Shown here: in pieces, positions 16,357 to 25,527 of the stretch | How the letters are laid out: every line of letters starts with the position of its first letter | Numbering within the stretch: the stretch's first letter is position 1 | Source: Methanococcus maripaludis | GTDB taxonomy: Archaea > AGJL01 > Methanococci > Methanococcales > Methanococcaceae | Length of the DNA stretch: 32,000 bases | NCBI RefSeq assembly: GCF_002945325.1 | Contig: NZ_CP026606.1 | Span: 900,001 to 932,000 of the forward strand | Direction of reading: 5' to 3' | The notes under the pieces: model-generated | What the model saw: only the letters and a program-made list of their open reading frames with translations | Told to the model about the DNA's origin: nothing | The model's database searches: none | Program-made: the position numbers and the translations under genes

Positions 16357-17508
16357 TTATTTTTTTATCGCAATATATGCAATGTAACTTATTAAAAATG
16401 AAAATACTGCCCCTATTTTATACATGTTAGAAATTCCAACGATATCGGAAATATAGCCGAGTAAAACTGCTCCAAAAAATATTCCAACATTTATACTTGC
16501 AGTGTAAAGGCCCATTGCTTCACCCTGTCTTTTATCCGGAATATCTCGTATTGCGATCGAATTAATGCCCGGAGTACTCATTGAAGCCCCTATTGATGAG
16601 ATAATTAACGAAATAAACATTGTAGTAAATGACGTGGACATTGCAAGGATAAACATTCCCAAATTTCCAATAATTATTCCGTGTAAAATTATTCTGTTTC
16701 CTTTTTCATCAAAAATTCTTCCAAACATTTTTTGAGTTACTGCAAGAACCAGATTCATTGCTGCAAGCATTATTCCGATTTTAAAGGCAGAAACTCCATA
16801 ATCATAAGCGTAAATTGCAAGATATGCTAAAATTGCGCCTCTAGAAATTGTTAATGCAATATTTATTATAAATGCCGCGCTAAAATTCCTCATTTTTAAA
16901 AATTCCAGTGAAAATAAATTTTTCCAAGATAATTTTTGTTTTTCTTGGGTTTTTGGAGTATCTTCAAGTTTAAAATATGCTATTATTGATGCAATTATAC
17001 CTAAAAGCCCACCTACATAAAATGGAACCATAAATCCATACATATCTGCAAGTAATCCCCCAAGCAGCGGTCCAACCCCAAATCCTAAAGATATCGCAGA
17101 ATTAAATAACCCCATGTATTCTCCAAGTTTTGATTTTGGCGAAGTTTGTGCGATATATGAACCTGCAACAGGATTTACGAATGCAGAAAAAACTCCTGTG
17201 AATGTCCTAACTATCAATATACTTGCAAATCCTGATGCAAAACCATAAAATAAAGTTGTTACACCATAAAGAAGAGTTCCGCCCACCAAAAATACTTTTT
17301 TTCCGTAAGAATCTGATAGGGTTCCCGCAGGAAGCTGAAATATCGTCCTAACTAGTGCAAAAGATCCAAAAATCAGTCCTATCTGGAAATTTGATAACCC
17401 GTATGATTTTGCAAATATCGCGAGAAGTGGCGAAATTAGCCCAATACCGAGCATCGTCACAAAAATTGTGATCCATAGAACGTAAATTCCTTTCATTTCT
17501 TCTTTCAT
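16357..17508 (-). CDS. major facilitator superfamily transporter
   Basis: 383 aa with about 12 TM segments. MFS motif A-like G.LSDSYGKK lies between TM2 and TM3. Confidence 0.9.
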   Translation of the reverse strand: MKEEMKGIYVLWITIFVTMLGIGLISPLLAIFAKSYGLSNFQIGLIFGSFALVRTIFQLPAGTLSDSYGKKVFLVGGTLLYGVTTLFYGFASGFASILIVRTFTGVFSAFVNPVAGSYIAQTSPKSKLGEYMGLFNSAISLGFGVGPLLGGLLADMYGFMVPFYVGGLLGIIASIIAYFKLEDTPKTQEKQKLSWKNLFSLEFLKMRNFSAAFIINIALTISRGAILAYLAIYAYDYGVSAFKIGIMLAAMNLVLAVTQKMFGRIFDEKGNRIILHGIIIGNLGMFILAMSTSFTTMFISLIISSIGASMSTPGINSIAIRDIPDKRQGEAMGLYTASINVGIFFGAVLLGYISDIVGISNMYKIGAVFSFLISYIAYIAIKK

Positions 17509-17650
17509 GACTTTTCACTTTATGGTTTATAACAAAAATCTCCCTTGAGGTATAAATACAATGGGGCAATTAGAAACATTTACAAACCTATAAAAATATG
17601 TAATGCTTAATGAGAATAAACCTGAAAAAATTACTAATTGAGGTGTAATT

Positions 17651-17848
17651 ATGGTATATAAAGTAAACGAAGACGAATGTATCGCATGTGGAGCATGTGT
17701 TCCAGTATGCCCTGTACAAGCTATCTCAGAAAACGCTGATGGTAAAGCAGTTATTGACTGTGCTAAATGTAACGACTGTGGCGACTGTTCAGACGTATGC
17801 CCTGTAGAATGCATTAAACAGGAAAAAACCTGTGGATGCTGTCAATAA
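17651..17848 (+). CDS. 2x[4Fe-4S] ferredoxin with Cys-rich C-terminal tail
   Basis: Contains CIACGACVPVCP and CNDCGDCSDVCP motifs. SD GAGGTG lies 6 nt upstream. A TATA-like TATAAAAATA lies at about 17590-17599. Confidence 0.9.
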   Translation: MVYKVNEDECIACGACVPVCPVQAISENADGKAVIDCAKCNDCGDCSDVCPVECIKQEKTCGCCQ

Positions 17849-17878
17849 TTTATTTTAACCTTTTAATCTATTTTTAAA

Positions 17879-18427
17879 TTACTCGTAATGAAGGATAAGA
17901 TTTAATTTTGTAAGTTCTAAACCCCTATTTTCATAAACATGTGAGTTATTGGCATTAAACCTGATTGTATCATTTTTTTTAAGGAAATAATCAATTTCCC
18001 CTATTGAAATTAGCAGTTCACCTTCGAAAACAGTTATAATTTCTTCGGTTCCTTTCACGTGGCCTTCAGAATAATACTTGTGTCCAGGCTTTATCTCGAC
18101 AATATACGTTTCAAATCGTTTATCATCCTCAAAAGGAATTACTGGATAAAGTTTGTGGCCTTCACCTTCGAAAACAGGATTTAACTCTTCAAAGGGAATC
18201 TGATCAATCTCGGGTTTTTCGTTCTTTAAAAGTGAAGTGAATGAAACTTTTAAACCATTTGAAATCTTTAAAATTGTTGAAATTGTAGGGTTTACTTCTC
18301 CTCGCTCGATTTGACCGAGCATGCTCTTACTTACTCCAGTTAGATTAGATAACGCATCTAAACTTAGATCTTTCTTTTTACGGATTTTTTTCAGATTTTT
18401 AGAAATTGCCTTATTAAGATCCTTCAT
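17879..18427 (-). CDS. XRE-family HTH transcriptional regulator with C-terminal cupin domain
   Basis: N-terminal HTH (LSLDALSNLTGVSKSMLGQIERGEVNPTISTILKISNGL) and C-terminal cupin motifs (GHVKGTEEIITVFEGEL..., RFNANNSHVYEN). Confidence 0.85.
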   Translation of the reverse strand: MKDLNKAISKNLKKIRKKKDLSLDALSNLTGVSKSMLGQIERGEVNPTISTILKISNGLKVSFTSLLKNEKPEIDQIPFEELNPVFEGEGHKLYPVIPFEDDKRFETYIVEIKPGHKYYSEGHVKGTEEIITVFEGELLISIGEIDYFLKKNDTIRFNANNSHVYENRGLELTKLNLILHYE

Positions 18428-18545
18428 GACTTTTCCTCGTGCACTATAATGTATATATAGATTAGATATACTACAATATACCCAATATACTGTATATTTG
18501 TATGTTATGAACTACCAAAATATATCTTTATCGAAAATTTAAGGG

Positions 18546-19739
18546 ATGCGTATGGCATTAAGCTACTCAAAACGGATGGAAAACATTAAATCTTCCGAAA
18601 TAAGGGAGATCTTAAAAGTTACTCAAAAACCTGAAATAATATCTTTTGCAGGCGGACTTCCTGCACCAGAACTCTTCCCAGTAAAAGAGATAAAAGAAAT
18701 TTCTGGAATTGTTCTCGACGAGATGGGTCCTGAATCCCTACAGTACGATATAACGGAAGGATACCCTCCACTCAGGCAGCAAATTTCAGAACGGATGAAT
18801 AAAGTACTAAAAACAGGGCTTACAGAAAATAATATCTTAATCGTCTGTGGATCCCAGCAAGGATTAGATTTCTCTGGAAAAGTATTCTTGGATGAAAATG
18901 ATGTAGTATTGTGTGAAAGTCCAACATACCTTGGAGCAATTAACGCCTTCAAATCATACGAGCCACAATTTAAAGAAGTTCCAACTGATGACTTTGGAAT
19001 GATTCCAGAAGAACTTGAAAAAATTTTAAAAACTACCAAAAATGTAAAACTCATTTATGCGATCCCTGATTTTCAAAACCCCACTGGAAAGACCTGGACT
19101 CTTGAAAGAAGGGAAAAATTCATGGAAATAATTGAAAAATATGAAATTCCTGTAGTGGAAGATAATCCTTACGGGGAATTAAGATTTGATGGAGAAATTT
19201 TGCCTTCGTTAAAATCAATGGATAAAAATGGTCTTATAATTCATTTGGGAACGTTTTCAAAAACATTCTGCCCAGGGCTTAGGGTTGGATGGATTGCTGC
19301 ATCTGAAGATATCCTTGAAAAATACATCTTTATAAAACAGAGCGCAGATCTGCACACCTCGTCATTTTCCCAGAGAATTATTTCAAAAATGCTTGAAAAT
19401 TACGATTTTGACGAAAGAGTGTCAAAATTAAAAGAATTGTATAAGGGAAGAAGAGATTTAATGATTAAAACAATTTCAGAAGAATTTCCAGAGGGGCTTA
19501 AATATACAAATCCTGAAGGCGGACTTTTTACATGGGTTGAACTTCCTGAAAAATATAATGCGCGCGAATTTTTAGATGAATGCCTGAAAAATAACGTTGC
19601 AATCGTTCCAGGAGGATCGTTCTTCCCAAACGGCGGTCATGAAAATTCTTTCAGGTTAAATTACTCAAATATGCCTGACGAAAAAATAGTTGAAGGAATT
19701 AAAAGGCTTTCAAAAGTTTTAAAAGAATATTTAAATTAA
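18546..19739 (+). CDS. PLP-dependent aminotransferase, class I/II (aromatic / 2-aminoadipate aminotransferase-like)
   Basis: Contains FQNPTG, EDNPYGELRF, and GTFSK (PLP lysine) followed by PGLRVGW. Alternative start ATG 18552 has better spacing from AAGGGA. Confidence 0.9.
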   Translation: MRMALSYSKRMENIKSSEIREILKVTQKPEIISFAGGLPAPELFPVKEIKEISGIVLDEMGPESLQYDITEGYPPLRQQISERMNKVLKTGLTENNILIVCGSQQGLDFSGKVFLDENDVVLCESPTYLGAINAFKSYEPQFKEVPTDDFGMIPEELEKILKTTKNVKLIYAIPDFQNPTGKTWTLERREKFMEIIEKYEIPVVEDNPYGELRFDGEILPSLKSMDKNGLIIHLGTFSKTFCPGLRVGWIAASEDILEKYIFIKQSADLHTSSFSQRIISKMLENYDFDERVSKLKELYKGRRDLMIKTISEEFPEGLKYTNPEGGLFTWVELPEKYNAREFLDECLKNNVAIVPGGSFFPNGGHENSFRLNYSNMPDEKIVEGIKRLSKVLKEYLN

Positions 19740-19760
19740 ATTTTAATTTCTACTTTTTTA

Positions 19761-20942
19761 TTATTTTACCCATGAATCGAGGGTTAATTTTGGTTTGAAC
19801 CACTTAACACTTACTGGAACCTTTGAAATATGGCCGTATTCTCCGCCCCCTCCAGGATAAATGTATATTTTACCGGTTCTGAAAAGGTCTATGATATGTC
19901 CTACTTTTTCATTTATTTTTTTGAGTTCAGATATATCTTCATTTATCAAAACATCAATTTCATTTCCATACTTTTCAATATACTGCTCCCAAATCGTATC
20001 TACAGACTTAGTTCCAATATTTTTTCCGATTGCAAGTGAAATTATTTCTGCAAGAGGGATTATTTTGTGATATTCTGGCCTGAAATCTGGGTGAACTACT
20101 TTTTTATCCTTTGAAAGTTCCAGAGTTTTATCATGAACTCCTTTTTTTATTGTTCCCTTACATTCGGGACATTTAAAATTGTTTTCTGTGGCGTCTTCTA
20201 ATGTAAATCTAGTGTAGCATCTCGTACATGCAGTTAAGTGATATTTTCCAAGATTTGGATCAAGTCCATAGTTTGCAGTTATTTTATTGTGTTTTAAAAC
20301 TTTTCTTACTTCTTCAAAGTTTGTTTCAAGTCCGCCAAGTTCATCTACATCCATCTGGTTAAATTCCCTTCCAAGCCGATGAGAATAAAATGAGTGGGCA
20401 TCAGAATTACTTAAAAAAGGCAGATCTCGAAGTTCTTCAACCATGTCTGCCATATCAGTATCAGCAGAAAGTCCTAACTCGATAAAATCTGGTTTTCTCG
20501 CATAACAATTATAAATTGAAGTAAATGATTTGTAAATACTTGTCCAGGGGGTAAATGCATGAGCTGGGCCGATAAGTCCGCCAATATCCCTTACTGCATC
20601 GATAATTTCCATTCCATTTAATGAAACTCTTGGTCTTCCATCAGCATCGATATTTTTTGAATATTTTGAAAATTTATCTCTTAAATCATGAGCCTGGGAA
20701 GTATGCGGCAGATATATTAGGTGATGGACCCGATTTCTATCCTCGACCTCTGTTGAAAGAAGAAGCGGTTTATTGACATTTTTTTCGATTTCTTCGAGCC
20801 ATTTTGAGTGTAAACAGTCTCCTGTCGCAATTAAATCGAGACCTTTTACTGGACCATATTTTAATATATGCTCGATATCCATATACTTAGAAGTTCCCAT
20901 AGAATATTTTGAGTGAATATGTAGATCCGCATTTATTATCAT
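19761..20942 (-). CDS. endoQ: PHP-domain nuclease, endonuclease Q (EndoQ)-like
   Basis: N-terminal PHP motif MIINADLHIHSKYSMGTSKYM...ATGDCLHSKW resembles Thermococcales EndoQ. A central Zn-ribbon is present (CTRC...CPEC). SD AGGTGA lies 4 nt upstream of the ATG. Confidence 0.7.
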   Translation of the reverse strand: MIINADLHIHSKYSMGTSKYMDIEHILKYGPVKGLDLIATGDCLHSKWLEEIEKNVNKPLLLSTEVEDRNRVHHLIYLPHTSQAHDLRDKFSKYSKNIDADGRPRVSLNGMEIIDAVRDIGGLIGPAHAFTPWTSIYKSFTSIYNCYARKPDFIELGLSADTDMADMVEELRDLPFLSNSDAHSFYSHRLGREFNQMDVDELGGLETNFEEVRKVLKHNKITANYGLDPNLGKYHLTACTRCYTRFTLEDATENNFKCPECKGTIKKGVHDKTLELSKDKKVVHPDFRPEYHKIIPLAEIISLAIGKNIGTKSVDTIWEQYIEKYGNEIDVLINEDISELKKINEKVGHIIDLFRTGKIYIYPGGGGEYGHISKVPVSVKWFKPKLTLDSWVK

Positions 20943-20963
20943 GAAATCACCTGGTGAGATTAT

Positions 20964-22376
20964 ATGAATATAGATTATTCTGTTTTAAAAAAATACCCAT
21001 TGTGCGACAGATGTTTTGGAAGACTTTACGGAAAACTTATTAGGTCGAGTAATTTTGAGAGAGGGCATGCTTTAAAACTTGCAAAAGCAATCGAACTTGA
21101 AGAAGATTTAAGAACCGCTCTTGAAAAAATGAACGAAACTTCTGAAAATCCAGAATTAAAACCAATAGAACCTGAAAAATTAGAAGAAATTAAAGAATTG
21201 ATGTATTGCATTTATAAATCAGGAATTTCCGGAATAAAACTTGATTTAATTGACAATATTGAAAAATACGAAACAAAATTTAAAAATGAAGCCGAATACG
21301 AAAAAAACGAAGATTGTGACGAACTCTGCCCCTGGTGTAAAGGAATTTTTGAACCTGAAAATATTGAAACAGTTGCTGAAAATGTAGTTAATGCACTTTC
21401 TGAATACGAGTTTGACAGTTTTTTAATCGGTACAAAACTTCCAAAAAGGTTTAAAGAACTTGAAAAAGAGATTGAAACCCCATTCATAGAAAGTATAAGA
21501 CAGGAATTTGGAAGAGAACTTGGAAAAGTTGTAGTACCATTAGTTAAAAGACGGGTTGACAAGGAAAATCCGGACATCGTTGTAATGGTGAACCCATACA
21601 ATCAAAAAGTTACGCTTCAGGTAAACCCCGTATTTATCAAAGGACGGTATAAAAAGCTCGTTAGAGGAATTCCCCAAAGCCACTGGCACTGTAGATCGTG
21701 TAAAGGAAAAGGCTGTGAAAAATGCAACTTTACAGGAAAACAGTACATGACATCAGTTGAAGAAATTATTGCAGAACCATTCATGGAAGTTATGAAAGGA
21801 AGTTCAGAAGCACTTCACGGTGCGGGGCGAGAAGACATCGACGTTAGAATGCTTGGAAATGGAAGGCCGTTTGTAATTGAAATAAAAGAGCCAAAGATTA
21901 GAAAAGTTAATTTAGAAGAGCTTGCTTCAAAAGTTAATGAATCTGGAAATGTTGAAATAATAAATGTTGAATACGGGGTTAAAAAGGACGTTCACTTCTT
22001 CAAAAACGAACCGCATAAAAAAACATACCTTGCTCACGTTGAGTGCGAAGAAAAAGTATCAAATGAAGAAGTAGCCGAATTAGTAAAAAAACTCGAAGAT
22101 TTGACGATTGATCAAAGAACGCCCGATAGAGTCTCGCATCGAAGGGCAGACCTCGTGCGTGTACGGAAAGTATATAAAGCTTGGCCCCATATGATTGATG
22201 ATCATAACTTTGAACTTAAAATATTCTGCGATGGCGGATTATACATCAAAGAGCTTATTAACAGTGATGAAGGAAGAACAACCCCTTCCGTTTCGGAATT
22301 GTTAAATAAAAAATGTATCTGTAAATTTTTAGATGTTCTGGATGTTCACGACTATGAAGATGCAGAAAATATCTAA
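20964..22376 (+). CDS. pus10: tRNA pseudouridine(54/55) synthase Pus10
   Basis: N-terminal Zn-binding CDRCFGRLYG...CPWCKG, a THUMP-like middle region, and a catalytic C-terminal domain with GAGREDIDVRMLGNGRPFVIE and DGGLYIKELI. Confidence 0.85.
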   Translation: MNIDYSVLKKYPLCDRCFGRLYGKLIRSSNFERGHALKLAKAIELEEDLRTALEKMNETSENPELKPIEPEKLEEIKELMYCIYKSGISGIKLDLIDNIEKYETKFKNEAEYEKNEDCDELCPWCKGIFEPENIETVAENVVNALSEYEFDSFLIGTKLPKRFKELEKEIETPFIESIRQEFGRELGKVVVPLVKRRVDKENPDIVVMVNPYNQKVTLQVNPVFIKGRYKKLVRGIPQSHWHCRSCKGKGCEKCNFTGKQYMTSVEEIIAEPFMEVMKGSSEALHGAGREDIDVRMLGNGRPFVIEIKEPKIRKVNLEELASKVNESGNVEIINVEYGVKKDVHFFKNEPHKKTYLAHVECEEKVSNEEVAELVKKLEDLTIDQRTPDRVSHRRADLVRVRKVYKAWPHMIDDHNFELKIFCDGGLYIKELINSDEGRTTPSVSELLNKKCICKFLDVLDVHDYEDAENI

Positions 22377-22387
22377 AATAGAAATGG

Positions 22388-22395
22388 TTATATAT
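22388..22395 (+). promoter_or_regulatory. putative TATA box for the L21e-rpoF unit
   Basis: TTATATAT lies about 67 nt upstream of the L21e ATG, which has a strong AGGAGG SD. Confidence 0.4.
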
Positions 22396-22461
22396 TGGTA
22401 GTGAAAAAAAGGATAGACACTATGCCAATTATGTTCATGAAACACATTAGGAGGAATAACT

Positions 22462-22755
22462 ATGCAAAAAAGTGAAGGATTTAGAAGCAAAACAAGATAT
22501 AAACTTCAGAAACACCCAAGACAGAAAGGAATGGCTCCTTTAACAAGAGCTTTAAAATGCTACACTGAAGGAGACCTTGTTCACGTAGTACTCGACCCTT
22601 CAGTACAGAAAGGAATGCCTCACCCAAAATTCCACGGTAAAACGGGAGTTGTTGTTGCTCAAAGAGGAAGTTCATTCTTAGTTAGAGTAAAAGATGGCGG
22701 AAAATACAAAGATATTATTGCTAGACCGCAACACTTAAGAGAATCTAAATTATAA
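22462..22755 (+). CDS. rpl21e: 50S ribosomal protein L21e
   Basis: MQKSEGFRSKTRYKLQKHPRQKG...FHGKTGVV is typical archaeal L21e at 97 aa, with an AGGAGG SD. Confidence 0.95.
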   Translation: MQKSEGFRSKTRYKLQKHPRQKGMAPLTRALKCYTEGDLVHVVLDPSVQKGMPHPKFHGKTGVVVAQRGSSFLVRVKDGGKYKDIIARPQHLRESKL

Positions 22756-22803
22756 TTATTTTAGATATCTTTTTTTTAGACTAATCTGTTTTTGAGGGAG
22801 ATT

Positions 22804-23127
22804 ATGATTGGAAAAGAAATTATTTCCGAAAAATACACAACAATTGCTCATGCAACCGAAATTATGGATGAAAGAGCAGATTTTGACGAATTATCGTATG
22901 AACACGGTTGTTCACTTGATTATTTAAGAAAATTTTCAACAATAAGTAAAGAAGATGCTGACGCTATGTTTGAACAGCTCGTAAATTTAGGTTTAACTGA
23001 AAAAATGGCAGTTAAAATTATTGACTTACTTCCTGAAACAGAAGAAGACTTAAAAATCATATTCTATAGAGTTGACGTCCCTGAAAACAAGGACGAAATT
23101 TTAGAAGTAGTTAGTAAATTCAAATAA
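22804..23127 (+). CDS. rpoF: DNA-directed RNA polymerase subunit F (Rpo4)
   Basis: MIGKEIISEKYTTIAHATEIM...KIIDLLPETEEDLKIIF parallels Methanocaldococcus RpoF (MIGRK...ITIAEA...LVDILPE). It sits in the conserved position after L21e. Start ATG 22804 follows a GAGGGAG SD. Confidence 0.8.
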   Translation: MIGKEIISEKYTTIAHATEIMDERADFDELSYEHGCSLDYLRKFSTISKEDADAMFEQLVNLGLTEKMAVKIIDLLPETEEDLKIIFYRVDVPENKDEILEVVSKFK

Positions 23128-23227
23128 CGCTTTTCTACCATTTTATTATTGAACCAATTAGTTTTTTATTGAATTAACTCGATATTAAGTAATGTTATTT
23201 TAATTTTCAACATTGATAGGTGTAAGT

Positions 23228-23812
23228 ATGAGAGAGGGGCATGAACAAAATAAACGAGAGTTTGAAGATTACGCATACGTTTTAGACTTCTTAGAATATG
23301 GTTACCCTGAAGATACTAGGCCACTTCATCAAAAAAAACCAATTGCACAAGCTTTTGGCGAAAAACAGTTTGTAATGATGGAATTAACTTTTAAGGATAA
23401 TCAGGTTGCAGATCTTGCAGAAAAACTCTACATAGGGAAAGGTAAACGGGAAAAAGTAGAATTCGTATCAAAAATGCTAAAATACGAACAATTAACACCT
23501 ACTGCAAAAACAGAACTTCTTCACGTTATAAAAGAAGCTGTTAAAGCACAGGAAGAAAGATTTATCGAATTTTTAAACAATTGCGGGCCAATTACAAACA
23601 GGATGCATACATTACAACTGCTTCCGGGAATTGGTAAAACTTCAATGTGGAAAGTAATTGAAGAAAGGGAAATAAAAAAATTTGAAAGCTTTAAGGATTT
23701 TGAAGACAGGGTTAGAAAAAATATAGTTGATCCGTTAGCAAAAAGAATAGAAGAGGAATTAAAAGAGCCTCAAAAACACTATGTCCTTGTAAAGTGGAAA
23801 ACTACCCACTAA
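23228..23812 (+). CDS. DUF655-family putative nucleic-acid-binding protein (HhH-containing)
   Basis: EDYAYVLDFLEYGYP...PIAQA.GEKQF..MEL and LLPGIGKTSMWKVIEER are characteristic of the archaeal DUF655 protein that follows rpoF. Start ATG 23228 follows an AGGTG SD. Confidence 0.75.
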   Translation: MREGHEQNKREFEDYAYVLDFLEYGYPEDTRPLHQKKPIAQAFGEKQFVMMELTFKDNQVADLAEKLYIGKGKREKVEFVSKMLKYEQLTPTAKTELLHVIKEAVKAQEERFIEFLNNCGPITNRMHTLQLLPGIGKTSMWKVIEEREIKKFESFKDFEDRVRKNIVDPLAKRIEEELKEPQKHYVLVKWKTTH

Positions 23813-23834
23813 TCTCTTTTTTTTTGGTGTTATT

Positions 23835-24902
23835 TTGAAAATATTACTTCCCTCCATATATTATCCATTTATTGGAGGAGTTTCAATACATGTTGAAAAT
23901 TTAATAAAAAATTTAAACAAACTAGACGATTTTGAATTCCATATTTTAAACTACAATTTTGATGAAACCATTAATAATTCTTTTGAAAACGTTACAATCC
24001 ATAAAGTTCCGTACTTTTCAAAATTAAGGGGCCCTAGCTACATTTTAAATGGGTATAAAATCGGGAAAAAAATAATTAAAGACGAAAAAATAGATTTAAT
24101 TCACAGCCACTATGCAGCACCCCAAGGATTTTTAGGGGCAACTTTAGGAAAAAAATGCAGTATTCCAACAGTTTTAACACTTCATGGAAGCGATGTATTG
24201 AATTTATCAAAAAATACTTTTGGAAAATACTTTTTTAATTATGCAGTTTATAATTCTGAAAAAATAATCTGCGTTAGCGAATTTTTAAAAAATAATTTAA
24301 AAACAAATTTTAATCTTGATTCAGACGTCATATACAACGGATTTGATGAAGAATTGTTTAATCCATCGGATAACGATAAAAATTATGGATTATTTGTCGG
24401 ATCATTGGTTGAACAAAAAGGAATCTTTTATTTTTTAGAAAGTATCAAAAATATTGATTTTAATTTTAAAATCATTGGTAATGGCCCACTTTATACTAAA
24501 ATAATGGATTTTATAAAAGTAAACGACATTAAAAACGTTGAATTGCTTGGTACAAAAACGCAAAGCCAAGTTTCAGAATATTTAAAAAATTGCAGTTTTT
24601 TGGTGCTTCCTTCGATTTCAGAAGGTCTTGGAATGACCATCATAGAAGCTTTTGCATGCAAAAAAGCAGTTATTGGATCTAATGTTGGCGGAATTCCTGA
24701 ATTGATTAAAGATGAAATAAATGGGTACATTGTTCCTCCAAAAAATACAAAAATCCTCGAAGATAAAATAAATATGCTTGTTAATGATAAAAATTTAAGA
24801 AAATCTCTTGGAAATGAAGGTTTGAATTATTCAAAAAACTTTTCCTGGAGATTATCTTCAAAAAAAACTTATGATATATATGATTCACTATTGAATAGAT
24901 AA
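23835..24902 (+). CDS. glycosyltransferase, GT4 (GT-B fold) family
   Basis: N-terminus Y.PFIGGVSIHVENL, C-terminal nucleotide-sugar motif PSISEGLGMTIIEAFACKKAVIGSNVGGIPELI. TTG start lies 5 nt after GGTG. Confidence 0.85.
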   Translation: MKILLPSIYYPFIGGVSIHVENLIKNLNKLDDFEFHILNYNFDETINNSFENVTIHKVPYFSKLRGPSYILNGYKIGKKIIKDEKIDLIHSHYAAPQGFLGATLGKKCSIPTVLTLHGSDVLNLSKNTFGKYFFNYAVYNSEKIICVSEFLKNNLKTNFNLDSDVIYNGFDEELFNPSDNDKNYGLFVGSLVEQKGIFYFLESIKNIDFNFKIIGNGPLYTKIMDFIKVNDIKNVELLGTKTQSQVSEYLKNCSFLVLPSISEGLGMTIIEAFACKKAVIGSNVGGIPELIKDEINGYIVPPKNTKILEDKINMLVNDKNLRKSLGNEGLNYSKNFSWRLSSKKTYDIYDSLLNR

Positions 24903-24917
24903 ATTGCTTGTGAAAAT

Positions 24918-25523
24918 ATGATTCCTGTTTTTTTAGATTTGAGCGGATTTAATGTTTTGATTTTTGGATTTGGAAGCGTTGGAAAAAGAAGATTTGAAAA
25001 ATTCCTAAATAGCAATGCAAAAATTACCATTTATTCCAAAAATATTGATAAACTTGATATTTCAAAATACGAAAATGCGAGATTTTTTGAATCCGATGTA
25101 ACTAATTTAAGTGATGAAGAACTATATTCAATAATAAAAAGTCACGATATTATAATAACCGCGATCGACGAAAAAAACAATAAACGGATTGTTTCGATTG
25201 CAAAAAGTATAAAAAAATTCATAAATTCTTCAACTTTTGAAAAAGAATCTAATTTGATAGTTCCTGCATGCTGTGAGGTTGATGGTGTCTCATTTGCAGT
25301 ATATACTGGCGGAAAAAGTCCGATTATTGCAAGGGAAATTCGAAAGAATGTTGAAGGATATTTAAAAAATTCTGAATTTGAACTTGATTTCCAAAATAAA
25401 CTTCGTGATTTTTTAAAAAGTGAAATTGAAGATCAGAACGAAAGAAAAAAAGTTCTTGAAACCGTATTTAATGATGAAAAATTTAAAAAAGAACTTTTAG
25501 AACTTATTGAAAAACATAGGTGA
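24918..25523 (+). CDS. sirC: precorrin-2 dehydrogenase / sirohydrochlorin ferrochelatase-type protein (CysG N-terminal domain homologue)
   Basis: N-terminal Rossmann [13 protein letters not shown], a size of about 200 aa, and G.SP..AR.IR ([13 protein letters not shown]), typical of SirC/Met8-like enzymes. Confidence 0.8.
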   Translation: MIPVFLDLSGFNVLIFGFGSVGKRRFEKFLNSNAKITIYSKNIDKLDISKYENARFFESDVTNLSDEELYSIIKSHDIIITAIDEKNNKRIVSIAKSIKKFINSSTFEKESNLIVPACCEVDGVSFAVYTGGKSPIIAREIRKNVEGYLKNSEFELDFQNKLRDFLKSEIEDQNERKKVLETVFNDEKFKKELLELIEKHR

Positions 25524-25527
25524 ATCT

